Shown: positions 55,160 to 64,000 of the stretch, piece after piece | Numbering within the stretch: position 1 is the stretch's first letter | How the letters are laid out: every line of letters begins with the position of its first letter | IMG/VR virus record: IMGVR_UViG_3300032242_002454 | Location: 140,626-204,625 of that record | Strand: one strand, 5' to 3' | DNA length: 64,000 nt | Translations under genes and position numbers: made by a program | Notes under the pieces: model-generated | Told to the model about the DNA's origin: nothing | Seen by the model: the letters and a program-made list of their open reading frames with translations, nothing else | The model's database searches: none

Positions 55160-57352
55160 ATGTCTGCTATTCAAGAATTACAAAATTATACCTTCGTTAG
55201 TAAGTATGCTCGTTGGCTAGAAGATAAGAATCGCAGAGAAACATGGAAAGAGGCTGTGGACAGGGTGAGGCAGATGATGCACTCTAAATATGATGAGTTT
55301 GGAGTAGCAGAAGAAATTGATTGGGCATATGATATGATGTACAAGAAGAAAGTTCTTGGTAGTCAAAGAGCGCTACAGTTTGGTGGAGATCCTATTCTAA
55401 AACGTCATGCTAAAATTTATAATTGCACCGCTAGTTACTGTGATCGTTTAAGGTTTTTTCAGGAATGTTTTTGGTTGCTATTGTGTGGTTCTGGTACTGG
55501 CTTTAGTGTTCAGAAGCACCATGTTTCCAAACTACCATCACTAGAGCATGATGTTGCTCAAGATCAAGCTATTAAATATGTAATCGAAGATAGTATTGAA
55601 GGATGGGCCAATGCTTTGGGTGTCTTATTAAGTTCTTATTTTAGTAAGCCAGTAGAAGAATTCAAGCAGTACAAGAATACTCATGTAACATTTGACTACT
55701 CAAATATCAGACCAAAAGGTTCTCCATTAGGATCTGGAGTAGGTAAGGCTCCAGGATATGAACCATTAGCTAATGGTCTAGAAAAAATTCGTACTCTATT
55801 AGATAAGTGTGTTGCTAATGGACAGAAGAAACTTCGCCCTATTGATGCTTATGATATTGTAATGCATAGTAGCGATGCTGTATTATCTGGAGGTGTTCGT
55901 AGAAGTGCTTCGTTAGCATTATTTAGTCATGACGATGAAGAAATGGCTAAGGCTAAGACAGGTAATTGGTATATGGAAAATCCACAAAGAGCCAGAAGTA
56001 ATAACTCTGCCCTACTTCTAAAAAGTGAAACCACTTTTGAAGAATTTGCTGGTTTGATGCAGTCGGTAAAAGAGTTTGGCGAACCCGGCTTTATTTGGAG
56101 TGAATCAACAGAGATGATTTTTAATCCTTGTGTTGAAATTGGAATGTGGCCTATTGATGAGAGTACAGGTAAGAGTGGATGGCAGGGTTGTAATCTTTCT
56201 ACTATCAATTGTTCTAGTGTCGTTGATGAAGAAGATTTTTATGAAAGATGTAAAGCTGCTACTATAATAGGTACTTTACAAGCTGGTTTTACTAAAATAG
56301 ACTATCTTGGTAAAACTAGCGAAAACATCTTTGAAAGAGAAGCTTTGCTAGGAGTATCTTTAACTGGTACTATGGAAAAGCATGATCTTGTGCTTACAGA
56401 ACAGACACTAACTAAGGGAGCCAAGATTGCTGTTGATACAAATAAACAAATTTCTAAGAAAATTAATATTAATCAAGCAGCTAGAGTTACATGTCTAAAG
56501 CCAGAAGGAACATCATCAAGTATGCTTGGCACTAGCTCTGGTATTCATCCACACCATGCCAAACGCTATATACGCCACGTACAGGCGAATGTTTTAGAAG
56601 CACCATATCAACACTTTAAGAAAGTAAACCCACAAGCCTGCGAGAAATCATCGTGGTCTGCAAACAATACTGATGAAGTAGTTAAGTTTCCAATAGAAGT
56701 TCCAGATGGTTCTAAGTTGAGAAATCAATTACCAGCAGTAGAAATGTTATCTGTTGTAAAAGAGACACAAAAGAACTGGGTGCATTCTGGAAAGAATAGA
56801 TCATTATGCACACAAGAGTATTTGAGTCATAATGTTAGTAATACTGTAACAGTAAAACCAGATGAATGGGATTCTGTAACAAAGTATATCTATGACAATA
56901 GAAAATATTTTGCTGGCATATCTTTAATTCCTCAAAGTGGAGACAAAGATTATCCACAAGCTCCATTCACTACTGTTTATACTAGTAGAGAAATTGTTAA
57001 GGAGTACGGAGACGCTGCTTTATGGTGTTCTGGATTGATTGAACTAGGCTTAAATGCTTTTAATAATAATCTATGGGCAGCCTGTGACTATGTTAGTTTA
57101 AATCAAGCTAAAGAAGGTGATGATGAAAACAAACAAAAGTTTATTACAAAGATGAAAAATTTCGCTGGTAAATATTTTGACGGAGATACCAGAAGACTAA
57201 CCTATTGTATGAAAGATGTATACAATTGGAAAATCTATTGTGATCTCTATAATAGTTTTCAAAAGGTAGATTATACTCAGCTACTAGAAACAGAAGACAA
57301 TACCGCTGGCATAGAAGAAATTAGTTGCGCCGGTGGAGCTTGTTTACTGTAA
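55160..57352 (+). CDS. nrdJ: class II (B12-dependent) ribonucleotide reductase
   Basis: YNC, GGVRRSA, NPCVEI, CNL, KPEGTSS, C-term CAGGAC. Confidence 0.93.
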   Translation: MSAIQELQNYTFVSKYARWLEDKNRRETWKEAVDRVRQMMHSKYDEFGVAEEIDWAYDMMYKKKVLGSQRALQFGGDPILKRHAKIYNCTASYCDRLRFFQECFWLLLCGSGTGFSVQKHHVSKLPSLEHDVAQDQAIKYVIEDSIEGWANALGVLLSSYFSKPVEEFKQYKNTHVTFDYSNIRPKGSPLGSGVGKAPGYEPLANGLEKIRTLLDKCVANGQKKLRPIDAYDIVMHSSDAVLSGGVRRSASLALFSHDDEEMAKAKTGNWYMENPQRARSNNSALLLKSETTFEEFAGLMQSVKEFGEPGFIWSESTEMIFNPCVEIGMWPIDESTGKSGWQGCNLSTINCSSVVDEEDFYERCKAATIIGTLQAGFTKIDYLGKTSENIFEREALLGVSLTGTMEKHDLVLTEQTLTKGAKIAVDTNKQISKKININQAARVTCLKPEGTSSSMLGTSSGIHPHHAKRYIRHVQANVLEAPYQHFKKVNPQACEKSSWSANNTDEVVKFPIEVPDGSKLRNQLPAVEMLSVVKETQKNWVHSGKNRSLCTQEYLSHNVSNTVTVKPDEWDSVTKYIYDNRKYFAGISLIPQSGDKDYPQAPFTTVYTSREIVKEYGDAALWCSGLIELGLNAFNNNLWAACDYVSLNQAKEGDDENKQKFITKMKNFAGKYFDGDTRRLTYCMKDVYNWKIYCDLYNSFQKVDYTQLLETEDNTAGIEEISCAGGACLL

Positions 57353-57470
57353 ATCTTTAACGGTCAATTAATAAGTATCTACTAATTGTTTACTATAATA
57401 ATAGTTGCTATATGGTGTATTATTAGATAACTTGGGATCTCTATTCCATATAATAGCTAAAGGGTAAGCC

Positions 57471-58199
57471 TTGAGAAAAAATAAAACCACCAAGAAAAGG
57501 TCCAAGGTCATAGATGCTACTAAAGAACTCCCTATCCCAGAAATTTACAGAAATAGGCTAAAACCCAGATCAGAAAATCAAAAACAATACATCAGAGATA
57601 TAGCAGAAAATGTTATTACATTCTGTCAAGGTGTTGCTGGTAGTGGCAAAACCCATATTGCTGTAGGCATGGCTTTAGAATATCTACTGGACGATAAAGT
57701 AAAAAAAATTATTATCACTAGACCAGTAGTTGAATCAGGAGAAAAGATTGGATATTTGCCCGGAACAGCAGAAGAAAAATTACATCCTTATCTATTACCA
57801 TTGTTAGATGAAGTTAATCATTTCATACCTAGTGCTAAATATGCTAGTCTAAAAACTAATAATAAAATAGAGATTGTTCCTCTTGGACTAATGAGAGGTC
57901 GTAATTTTCATAATGCTTTTATTGTTGCTGATGAGTGTCAGAATGCTTCTTATGATCAACTTAAAATGTTATTAACAAGAATAGGCACTAATAGTAAGAT
58001 GGTTTTAACTGGTGACGTTAGTCAATCAGATTTACACAGACATATGCAGGGTGGCTTTTGGTCAATGACAAATGCCCTAGCTGATATTGAAGGTATTGCT
58101 GTAGCTAGACTAGAAGCATCAGACATTGTGAGAAATCCAATTATCGGGAAAATTATCGGAAGACTAGATAACTACGAAAAAGATGCAACCTCAAAATAG
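57471..58199 (+). CDS. phoH: PhoH-like ATPase
   Basis: GVAGSGKT, RPVVE, GYLPG, MRGR, DECQN, LTRIG, GD..QSD. Confidence 0.96.
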   Translation: MRKNKTTKKRSKVIDATKELPIPEIYRNRLKPRSENQKQYIRDIAENVITFCQGVAGSGKTHIAVGMALEYLLDDKVKKIIITRPVVESGEKIGYLPGTAEEKLHPYLLPLLDEVNHFIPSAKYASLKTNNKIEIVPLGLMRGRNFHNAFIVADECQNASYDQLKMLLTRIGTNSKMVLTGDVSQSDLHRHMQGGFWSMTNALADIEGIAVARLEASDIVRNPIIGKIIGRLDNYEKDATSK

Positions 58200-58764
58200 T
58201 AGATGTTTAATTTTAAATGCTGATTATACTCCACTCGGTATTATCTCTTGGAAAAGAGCATTAGTGTGGTCGTATAGACACGATGAGAATTCTCATGTTG
58301 GAGTAGAAATTATAGATTTCTATAAAAACGACTATATTTGTGGAGCTAATAATAAAAAGATACCAATACCAGCAGTGGTTAAGACTGCAAAATATTTTCG
58401 CTTAAACCATCAGAATGTTAATTTTTCTAGGAAGAATCTATTCATTAGAGATAATTATAGCTGCCAATATTGCGGATGTGAAAAAGAAGCTAATCAATTA
58501 ACTTACGATCATGTTATTCCTAAGTCTGTATGGAAAAATAAAATAGGTTCTCCAACCTGTTGGACTAATATTGTAACAGCTTGCGTAGAGTGTAATCGCA
58601 GAAAGGGAAATAGAACACCAAAAGAGGCTAACATGCCTCTTAGAAATTTGCCTATAGTACCAAATAAAAGCGCAAAGTACTTGCCAGTAAGAGGACTACT
58701 TCTTAAGATAAGATCAGATATTCCAGACGAGTGGACTGTATATTTACCAGAGTCATATTTATAA
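58183..58764 (+). CDS. HNH endonuclease
   Basis: LNADY.P, RDNYSCQYCG, DHVIP, WTN.VTAC..CN.RK. Confidence 0.92.
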   Translation: MQPQNSRCLILNADYTPLGIISWKRALVWSYRHDENSHVGVEIIDFYKNDYICGANNKKIPIPAVVKTAKYFRLNHQNVNFSRKNLFIRDNYSCQYCGCEKEANQLTYDHVIPKSVWKNKIGSPTCWTNIVTACVECNRRKGNRTPKEANMPLRNLPIVPNKSAKYLPVRGLLLKIRSDIPDEWTVYLPESYL

Positions 58765-59117
58765 TGCCTTGCTATACATATTTTTGCGATAATTGTGAAA
58801 CCAAATTTGAACTTGTTTCTAGTATAAAAGACTATACAGAACACCCTAAGTGTACAAGTTGCAATAAACCTCACGCCCATAGATTATATCAAGAAGATTT
58901 AAGTACGCTTAATACTTCTGTTAAAAAGAATGATAATGAATTAAAAACTATAGGAGATATCGCTAATCGTAATAGAGATAGACTTAGCGAAGATCACAAA
59001 GCTCATCTAAATGCTCAACATAATTCTTACAAAGAAGAAACTTCTCAAAAAGAATTACCATCTGGCATGAGTAGAATTAAAAAACCAAAAGTTAAATATC
59101 GCTGGACAAAAGACTAA
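58764..59117 (+). CDS. FmdB-like zinc-ribbon protein
   Basis: MP.Y.Y.CxxC..FE...CxxC. Confidence 0.8.
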   Translation: MPCYTYFCDNCETKFELVSSIKDYTEHPKCTSCNKPHAHRLYQEDLSTLNTSVKKNDNELKTIGDIANRNRDRLSEDHKAHLNAQHNSYKEETSQKELPSGMSRIKKPKVKYRWTKD

Positions 59118-59132
59118 TTAAAGGAAATCTTA

Positions 59133-59528
59133 ATGGATAATTTTATTTTTAATCCTACAAGTAAATTCACCGAAGAAACAATACAACAAGAAACATCGGC
59201 AGAACTTTTTACTGTCCTTGGTAAGGAAGACTTTCTAGATGAAGAACGTAACCCACAACTCAAGTCAGAGTCTGAGGAAGTTTTTGCTAGAAGAGTTCTT
59301 AGAAAAGATGGTTCTATCAAATATAGTATTAGACTTAGCAATGCAGGCAAACTATTTAATCCACTATCCATTTATGGTCAAGAACAAAATCATAGTTTCT
59401 TGAATAGGGTTTGTAGATCAAATAGTAAATTTAAAGAAGTCAATGAAAAAACTTTTAGTTGGTATGTCAAATTTCTAAAAACAAAAAATGTAGCATGGTT
59501 AAACAATGCTGAAAGGGAGAATGAATAA
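59133..59528 (+). CDS. conserved hypothetical protein
   Basis: ORF with RBS. Confidence 0.75.
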   Translation: MDNFIFNPTSKFTEETIQQETSAELFTVLGKEDFLDEERNPQLKSESEEVFARRVLRKDGSIKYSIRLSNAGKLFNPLSIYGQEQNHSFLNRVCRSNSKFKEVNEKTFSWYVKFLKTKNVAWLNNAERENE

Positions 59529-59872
59529 TGGCAAGAATTAATAAAATGCAAAAGTATGCTGCTCTATGGCTTAATAGTCAGGGGTGGGATTTAACTAAAA
59601 TTGCAAATGAGTTATCTCTTACAAATAGTCAAGTTAAAAATGTGGTTGATAATCCAGAAGTAACAGCAGCCGCAGCTATTAAAACTGTTTCTTCTCCTAT
59701 GGGCCAATCTCCTTCCAAGAACCTAATGATAAATGAAAGTCCAGGGAAAAGAAGTGTATCTATTATGACAAAAGAAGCATCTTCTCTAAATGATGAGCTT
59801 AAAAAGAAAGCTCCTCCAGCAATTTCTTCTAAGATTCAACAAGGTATTTTTAGACCATCAGAAAATAAGTAA
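59528..59872 (+). CDS. HTH-like hypothetical protein
   Basis: LTKIANELSLTNSQV; IMTKEAS. Confidence 0.7.
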   Translation: MARINKMQKYAALWLNSQGWDLTKIANELSLTNSQVKNVVDNPEVTAAAAIKTVSSPMGQSPSKNLMINESPGKRSVSIMTKEASSLNDELKKKAPPAISSKIQQGIFRPSENK

Positions 59873-59876
59873 AAAC

Positions 59877-60323
59877 ATGAGCACAGAAGAAACTAAACAG
59901 ACAGAAGAAAATGTTTCACCAATTGATCAGATATTTGAAACTCTCACTTCTGAAGAAAAAACATTCCTAGAAAAAATTAATAAAAAAGTAATCGAACAAT
60001 TAGACAAAATTAGAGAAGCTCAACTTAAACATCTAGATGACCAACCAGATGCTCCAATAGACTTTTCCGATAAACATCCAGAAGTTATACACAAAAAACA
60101 CTTATCTTCTTTCCCTCATGAGATTACTATATATGTTAAGGCCGAAGTGACTGAAATAGATGATAAGGGCTATATAAAGGAATTAAAAGATTTATTTGAA
60201 AAATATTATCACATCCCTGTTAAAGCCAAAGAAGACTATAACATACATATAGAGAAATTCTTTGAAAAATTTCATGGTGCTCTAGAAACTTCCTGTCAGG
60301 AAATTCAAAAAGAAAAACAATAG
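59877..60323 (+). CDS. hypothetical protein
   Basis: ORF in operon. Confidence 0.7.
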   Translation: MSTEETKQTEENVSPIDQIFETLTSEEKTFLEKINKKVIEQLDKIREAQLKHLDDQPDAPIDFSDKHPEVIHKKHLSSFPHEITIYVKAEVTEIDDKGYIKELKDLFEKYYHIPVKAKEDYNIHIEKFFEKFHGALETSCQEIQKEKQ

Positions 60324-60328
60324 TAATA

Positions 60329-60748
60329 TTGATGATAGAAAAATATCCATCAAAGTATTCTAATGGCAAAGAAGTGTCCGCCGCCCAGTTCATTACAGAG
60401 ATTATCTGTGAACGAAAAGCCCAAAAAGATAAAGAAGATCTACATTATAGATTTTGGGTACATCAAAAATGGGCTTCTTTTTATAGAAACCAAATAGGGT
60501 CTGCTCATAAATTATTGAAGCAGTATGATCCAAAAGCTATCGTAAGAGCATTGAATACTGATCAGGGGAAAAAGATCTATTCTTTGCGAGCCCCCCATCT
60601 TGGGGCTATGATAGAACAACAAGATAAATTGATTCAACAGGAAAATGTTGTTTTAACAAAACCTATTGAAAGAAAAGATACAGTAGTATTCGGCAATAGT
60701 CAACCAGTAGCAAAAAATATAATTTCAAAATTAAAGGATTTAGACTAA
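60329..60748 (+). CDS. conserved hypothetical protein upstream of recA
   Basis: ORF abutting recA. Confidence 0.75.
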   Translation: MMIEKYPSKYSNGKEVSAAQFITEIICERKAQKDKEDLHYRFWVHQKWASFYRNQIGSAHKLLKQYDPKAIVRALNTDQGKKIYSLRAPHLGAMIEQQDKLIQQENVVLTKPIERKDTVVFGNSQPVAKNIISKLKDLD

Positions 60749-61773
60749 TGAGCTTAAAAGAAGATGTCATTAAAAATTTTGGTAATGAAATCATGCTCAC
60801 GGCGAGTGCCGTTGTGGATAAGAAACTTATTACGATTCCTGTGAGTCCTTCTCTCGACATTATTTTAAATGGTGGTGTCCCAGAAGGAAGTTTTATGATA
60901 TTCACCGGACAACCCAAATGTGGCAAGACCACGACCTCTTTAGACTTTGCAGCCACAGCACAAAGGCCAGAGTATGCTTACAATGGATTCAAAGAAGGTA
61001 GAGAAGTGTACTACCTTAATATTGAAGGTAGATTAAAGAAAAGAGACCTAGAAGGAATTCCAGGGTTAAATCTAGATAGATTTCATGTCATAGGCTCTCA
61101 ACAAGGTAAAATTCTCCACGCAGAAGAATATCTTCAAATCGGAGAAAGAATTATCAATGAGATTCCTGGATGTATTCTTATCATAGACTCCTACTCTGCT
61201 CTATGTACCGAAACAGAAATTACATCCGATATGAATAAGATGCAAAGAGCTGATGGAGCTAAACTATTAGCCAAGTTTTGCAGAAAGGTAGCGAATGTTA
61301 TTCCTGTAAATAGAAATATTGTTATCGGTATTACTCATCTTATGGGTAATCCAGGCACCGGTCATGTTGAGTGGAAAGAAAAGAGCGGTCAAGCTATTGC
61401 TTACCAGACAGATATTAAACTAAGAGCTCAATTTCATAGAGCTTGGAAAATTGGTTCAGCAGAAGATGGTCAGCAAATTGGTCAAGAAATCCAATGGCAA
61501 GTAGTATGCTCTGCGTTAGGTGCTCCAGGTGGAACTATTACTAGCTATCTGAGATATGGTCAAGGTATTGATAAACAGATGGAATTACTCATGTTAGCTG
61601 TTGATATTGGTCTTATCCAAAAGGGTGGAGCTTGGTACACTTTAACATCTGTAACCGATAAACCTAAATTTCAAGGCACAGAGAAGGTTAGACAATATCT
61701 AGTTGATCACCCTGATGTATATGTTAGCTTATTAGAACAAGTTAAGGAAACGATGGGTATTAAATGCAAATAA
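60748..61773 (+). CDS. recA: RecA/UvsX-like recombinase
   Basis: LD..L.GGVP.G, GQPKCGKTT, IIDS, YGQGID, KGGAWY, QG.E. Confidence 0.92.
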   Translation: MSLKEDVIKNFGNEIMLTASAVVDKKLITIPVSPSLDIILNGGVPEGSFMIFTGQPKCGKTTTSLDFAATAQRPEYAYNGFKEGREVYYLNIEGRLKKRDLEGIPGLNLDRFHVIGSQQGKILHAEEYLQIGERIINEIPGCILIIDSYSALCTETEITSDMNKMQRADGAKLLAKFCRKVANVIPVNRNIVIGITHLMGNPGTGHVEWKEKSGQAIAYQTDIKLRAQFHRAWKIGSAEDGQQIGQEIQWQVVCSALGAPGGTITSYLRYGQGIDKQMELLMLAVDIGLIQKGGAWYTLTSVTDKPKFQGTEKVRQYLVDHPDVYVSLLEQVKETMGIKCK

Positions 61774-62174
61774 AAGATCTGGACGGTAATCTATGTCATT
61801 GGCAACTTATTGGAGGTATAGCTCATGGTAAGGCTAAAAACAAATCGGCCTTGCATCTGCTTGCCAGAGACTTAGTACATAAGTGCTTCCCAACGATGCA
61901 GATTCTTGAGGAAGTACCAATTCCTCTAAGAAGGTCGGAGACTTTATATTTAGATTTCTATATACCTCTTTTAAAAAGAACCATAGAGGTTCATGGAGAA
62001 CAGCACTATAAATTTGTGCCTTTTTATCATAATACTTTATTGGGATTTGTTAAGCATAAAAAAAGAGATCAAGAAAAGCAGGAATGGTGTGAGACAAATG
62101 GTATAACTTATATAGAGTTACCATTTAATGAGGATGAAGAAGCATGGTCCAATAGGATTAAAAATGAGCAATAA
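61764..62174 (+). CDS. PD-(D/E)xK (Vsr/DUF559-like) endonuclease
   Basis: LDFY....IEVHGEQH...RD..K..WC. Confidence 0.85.
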   Translation: MQIKDLDGNLCHWQLIGGIAHGKAKNKSALHLLARDLVHKCFPTMQILEEVPIPLRRSETLYLDFYIPLLKRTIEVHGEQHYKFVPFYHNTLLGFVKHKKRDQEKQEWCETNGITYIELPFNEDEEAWSNRIKNEQ

Positions 62175-62658
62175 AACAGCTAAAGAAGAATTACAAGATT
62201 GGGATAATCTATTAGATGAATATGAAAATCATCTAGGATTGCCAAGATATACTGCTGGGGGTTTGCCAGAAGCAGAACTAAATAGTTATCTCTCTATGAA
62301 TAGAGATGAACTAGAAAAGTTAACACCGGAAGATTGTGGACAGATTTCTTATAGACTAGCACAGTTTTCTTTTCATGTTCAACGAACCATCAATAGAGAG
62401 ATAGCCCGATATAACTGGGCAGATGAGACTACAAAAATAGTGATAGCAGATGATATTAATAATTATAAGGGTTATGGATACGTTGAAAAATCTAATCAAG
62501 CGATCAAGCATAATGATAAAGCACAGTCTCTAAACAAGATTAAAATTTATGCAAAACAAAGAACTGATCGTTTGTCATATATAGCTAATTCAATCAAGAA
62601 CCTATCGGATATTTTAATTGCTATTCAAAGAATGAAGGTAACCAAACATGGACAATAA
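62164..62658 (+). CDS. helical protein, possible recombination mediator (UvsY-like)
   Basis: All-helical; located between recA and dnaB. Confidence 0.45.
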   Translation: MSNKTAKEELQDWDNLLDEYENHLGLPRYTAGGLPEAELNSYLSMNRDELEKLTPEDCGQISYRLAQFSFHVQRTINREIARYNWADETTKIVIADDINNYKGYGYVEKSNQAIKHNDKAQSLNKIKIYAKQRTDRLSYIANSIKNLSDILIAIQRMKVTKHGQ

Positions 62659-63043
62659 TACTAATTTAGATCCTCAACAAATACAGCAAATGATTATGAT
62701 GCTCCAAGCTATGTTGCCAAAACAAGATAGTCAGGAATCATCTAATCAAAGTGACACAAAGAGTAAAAAGAAAGCCCCTCGTTCAAACAATAAAAATAAG
62801 CCATCAATAACAAAGGCTTCTACTAATAAGTTTGATTTTATGCCAGAAAAAAGACTACATCAAGAAGATATAGAAATAGATAAAAAATTAATAGTCCAGC
62901 CTCCAGTACCAAGAGCCAGAGCATTTAATTTGGTTAATGTAGTGTGCAGAGTCTGTGGAAAAAGAGAAAGTGTTAATCCGGTATTAATTACTGATTCTAT
63001 TGATAGGTATAAGTGTAACAAATGTTCTGGAGCAGCAGGTTAA
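62648..63043 (+). CDS. protein with C-terminal Zn ribbon
   Basis: CRVCG...CNKC. Confidence 0.75.
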   Translation: MDNNTNLDPQQIQQMIMMLQAMLPKQDSQESSNQSDTKSKKKAPRSNNKNKPSITKASTNKFDFMPEKRLHQEDIEIDKKLIVQPPVPRARAFNLVNVVCRVCGKRESVNPVLITDSIDRYKCNKCSGAAG

Positions 63044-63044
63044 T

Positions 63045-64000
63045 ATGATTTTATCTGATGTCGCCGCAGAAAGAGCGGTATTGTCTGGTATTTGTAACTA
63101 TGGTGAGGATGCTTACCTAGATGTTGCAGACATTGTTCAAGATTCGTCATTTACTATTGATAGTAATTCTATTATTTTTAAATGTCTAAAGGTAGTTTGT
63201 GAAAGAGAACAGAAGCCCAATATTGATGTAGCTAGTATCTTTTCTGTTGCAGAAGAACTTGGGTATGCTCATATTCTATCTAAAAAAGAAGAGGTTCAGC
63301 ATTTAAGAGCTATTATTGATTTCCCGGTAGCTTTAGATAATGTTCGTAAGTTCGCTGCAAAAATTCGCAAATTAGAAATTGCTAGACTTTTGCGTAAACA
63401 GCTGGAACTGGCTCAAGAAAAAATTCTAGATGTTAATGGTACAGAGCCGATTGGATCCATCCTTGGTATTGCAGAAGAAACTATATTTAATTTCACATCT
63501 TTACTTAACGATAGTGATAATAATCCTGTAGTTATAGGTAAAGATCTAGATGACTATATTCGTAATCTTGAGTTAAATAAAACTGATCAGATTGGTATCC
63601 CTACGGGCTTTCCTGCATATGATCAAGCTATTGGCGGAGGTTTAAGAAAGGGAACCGTTAATGTAATAGCTGCTCGTCCTAAAACCGGTAAAACTCTACT
63701 ATCTGATAATATTGGTCGTAATGTAGCCAAATTAAATATTCCCGTATTGAATATGGATACGGAAATGAATAAGGAAGATCATATTAATAGAATTTTAGCC
63801 ATGATGACTGAAATTGAAATTAATGCAATTGAAACAGGTAAGTTTGCAGAATCACCAGACAAAAAGACCAAGTTACTACAAGCGGTAGAAGAAATCAAAA
63901 AGACTCCATTTTTTCACAAAAGCATAGCTGGAAAACCTTTTGAAGATCAATTGGCTATTATGAGAAGATGGGTCTTGAAAGAAGTTGGTCTTAATGATGA
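63045..64000 (+). CDS. dnaB: replicative DNA helicase DnaB (5' part, runs off window)
   Basis: AERAVL, GIPTGF..D...GGL..G, AARPKTGKT, DTEM. Confidence 0.93.
   Translation, partial: MILSDVAAERAVLSGICNYGEDAYLDVADIVQDSSFTIDSNSIIFKCLKVVCEREQKPNIDVASIFSVAEELGYAHILSKKEEVQHLRAIIDFPVALDNVRKFAAKIRKLEIARLLRKQLELAQEKILDVNGTEPIGSILGIAEETIFNFTSLLNDSDNNPVVIGKDLDDYIRNLELNKTDQIGIPTGFPAYDQAIGGGLRKGTVNVIAARPKTGKTLLSDNIGRNVAKLNIPVLNMDTEMNKEDHINRILAMMTEIEINAIETGKFAESPDKKTKLLQAVEEIKKTPFFHKSIAGKPFEDQLAIMRRWVLKEVGLND

Noticed and set aside
76-60956. All minus-strand ORFs in the track (e.g. 13657..14316, 17037..17363, 58509..58880)
   Set aside because: Antisense shadows of well-supported + strand genes, with no motifs
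1-64000. Stop-codon reassignment or suppressor tRNA
   Set aside because: Long intact genes under code 11 end in TAA, TAG and TGA; the 1127 tRNA loop reads TAT in the standard register, not TTA
55160-64000. Inteins or introns in nrdJ, recA, dnaB
   Set aside because: Lengths are normal and motifs contiguous in the visible portion

Overview
AT-rich, densely coded segment of a large (jumbo-type) dsDNA bacteriophage genome. All credible genes are on the + strand and use the standard code. 1-21 kb is an early-type region driven by a family of sigma70-like promoters. It holds tRNA-Ile(UAU), tmRNA, tRNA-Leu(UAA), DNA ligase, endonuclease VII, an HhH glycosylase, rIIA/rIIB, a RepB-type primase, RuvB with a RuvA-domain-III partner, and three free-standing homing endonucleases. 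21-35 kb holds an actin-like ATPase, trypsin and subtilisin proteases, a macrodomain, two SET methyltransferases, GMP reductase, a ferritin-like protein, a sigma-like factor, ClpP and a degenerate DeoC. 35-48 kb holds a holin-like/membrane cluster built around papain-like proteases, plus two large repeat proteins. 48-55 kb is a glycosylation/methylation island. 55-64 kb holds NrdJ, PhoH, RecA and the start of DnaB. Most notable observations: (1) an unannotated tRNA-shaped RNA after rIIB with an elbow but no normal anticodon arm; (2) a recurring GGTGTA promoter-like motif that, before each homing endonuclease, is embedded in a hairpin covering a Shine-Dalgarno-like sequence; (3) a visible gene-end replacement scar from one endonuclease insertion; (4) a Zn-finger/RuvA-C hybrid next to ruvB; (5) a phage actin next to a membrane protein; (6) a candidate protease-based lysis/envelope module; (7) several pseudo-enzymes. 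Protein calls come from motif recognition by eye and no searches were run. Host identity is unknown; Planctomycetota is a weak guess.
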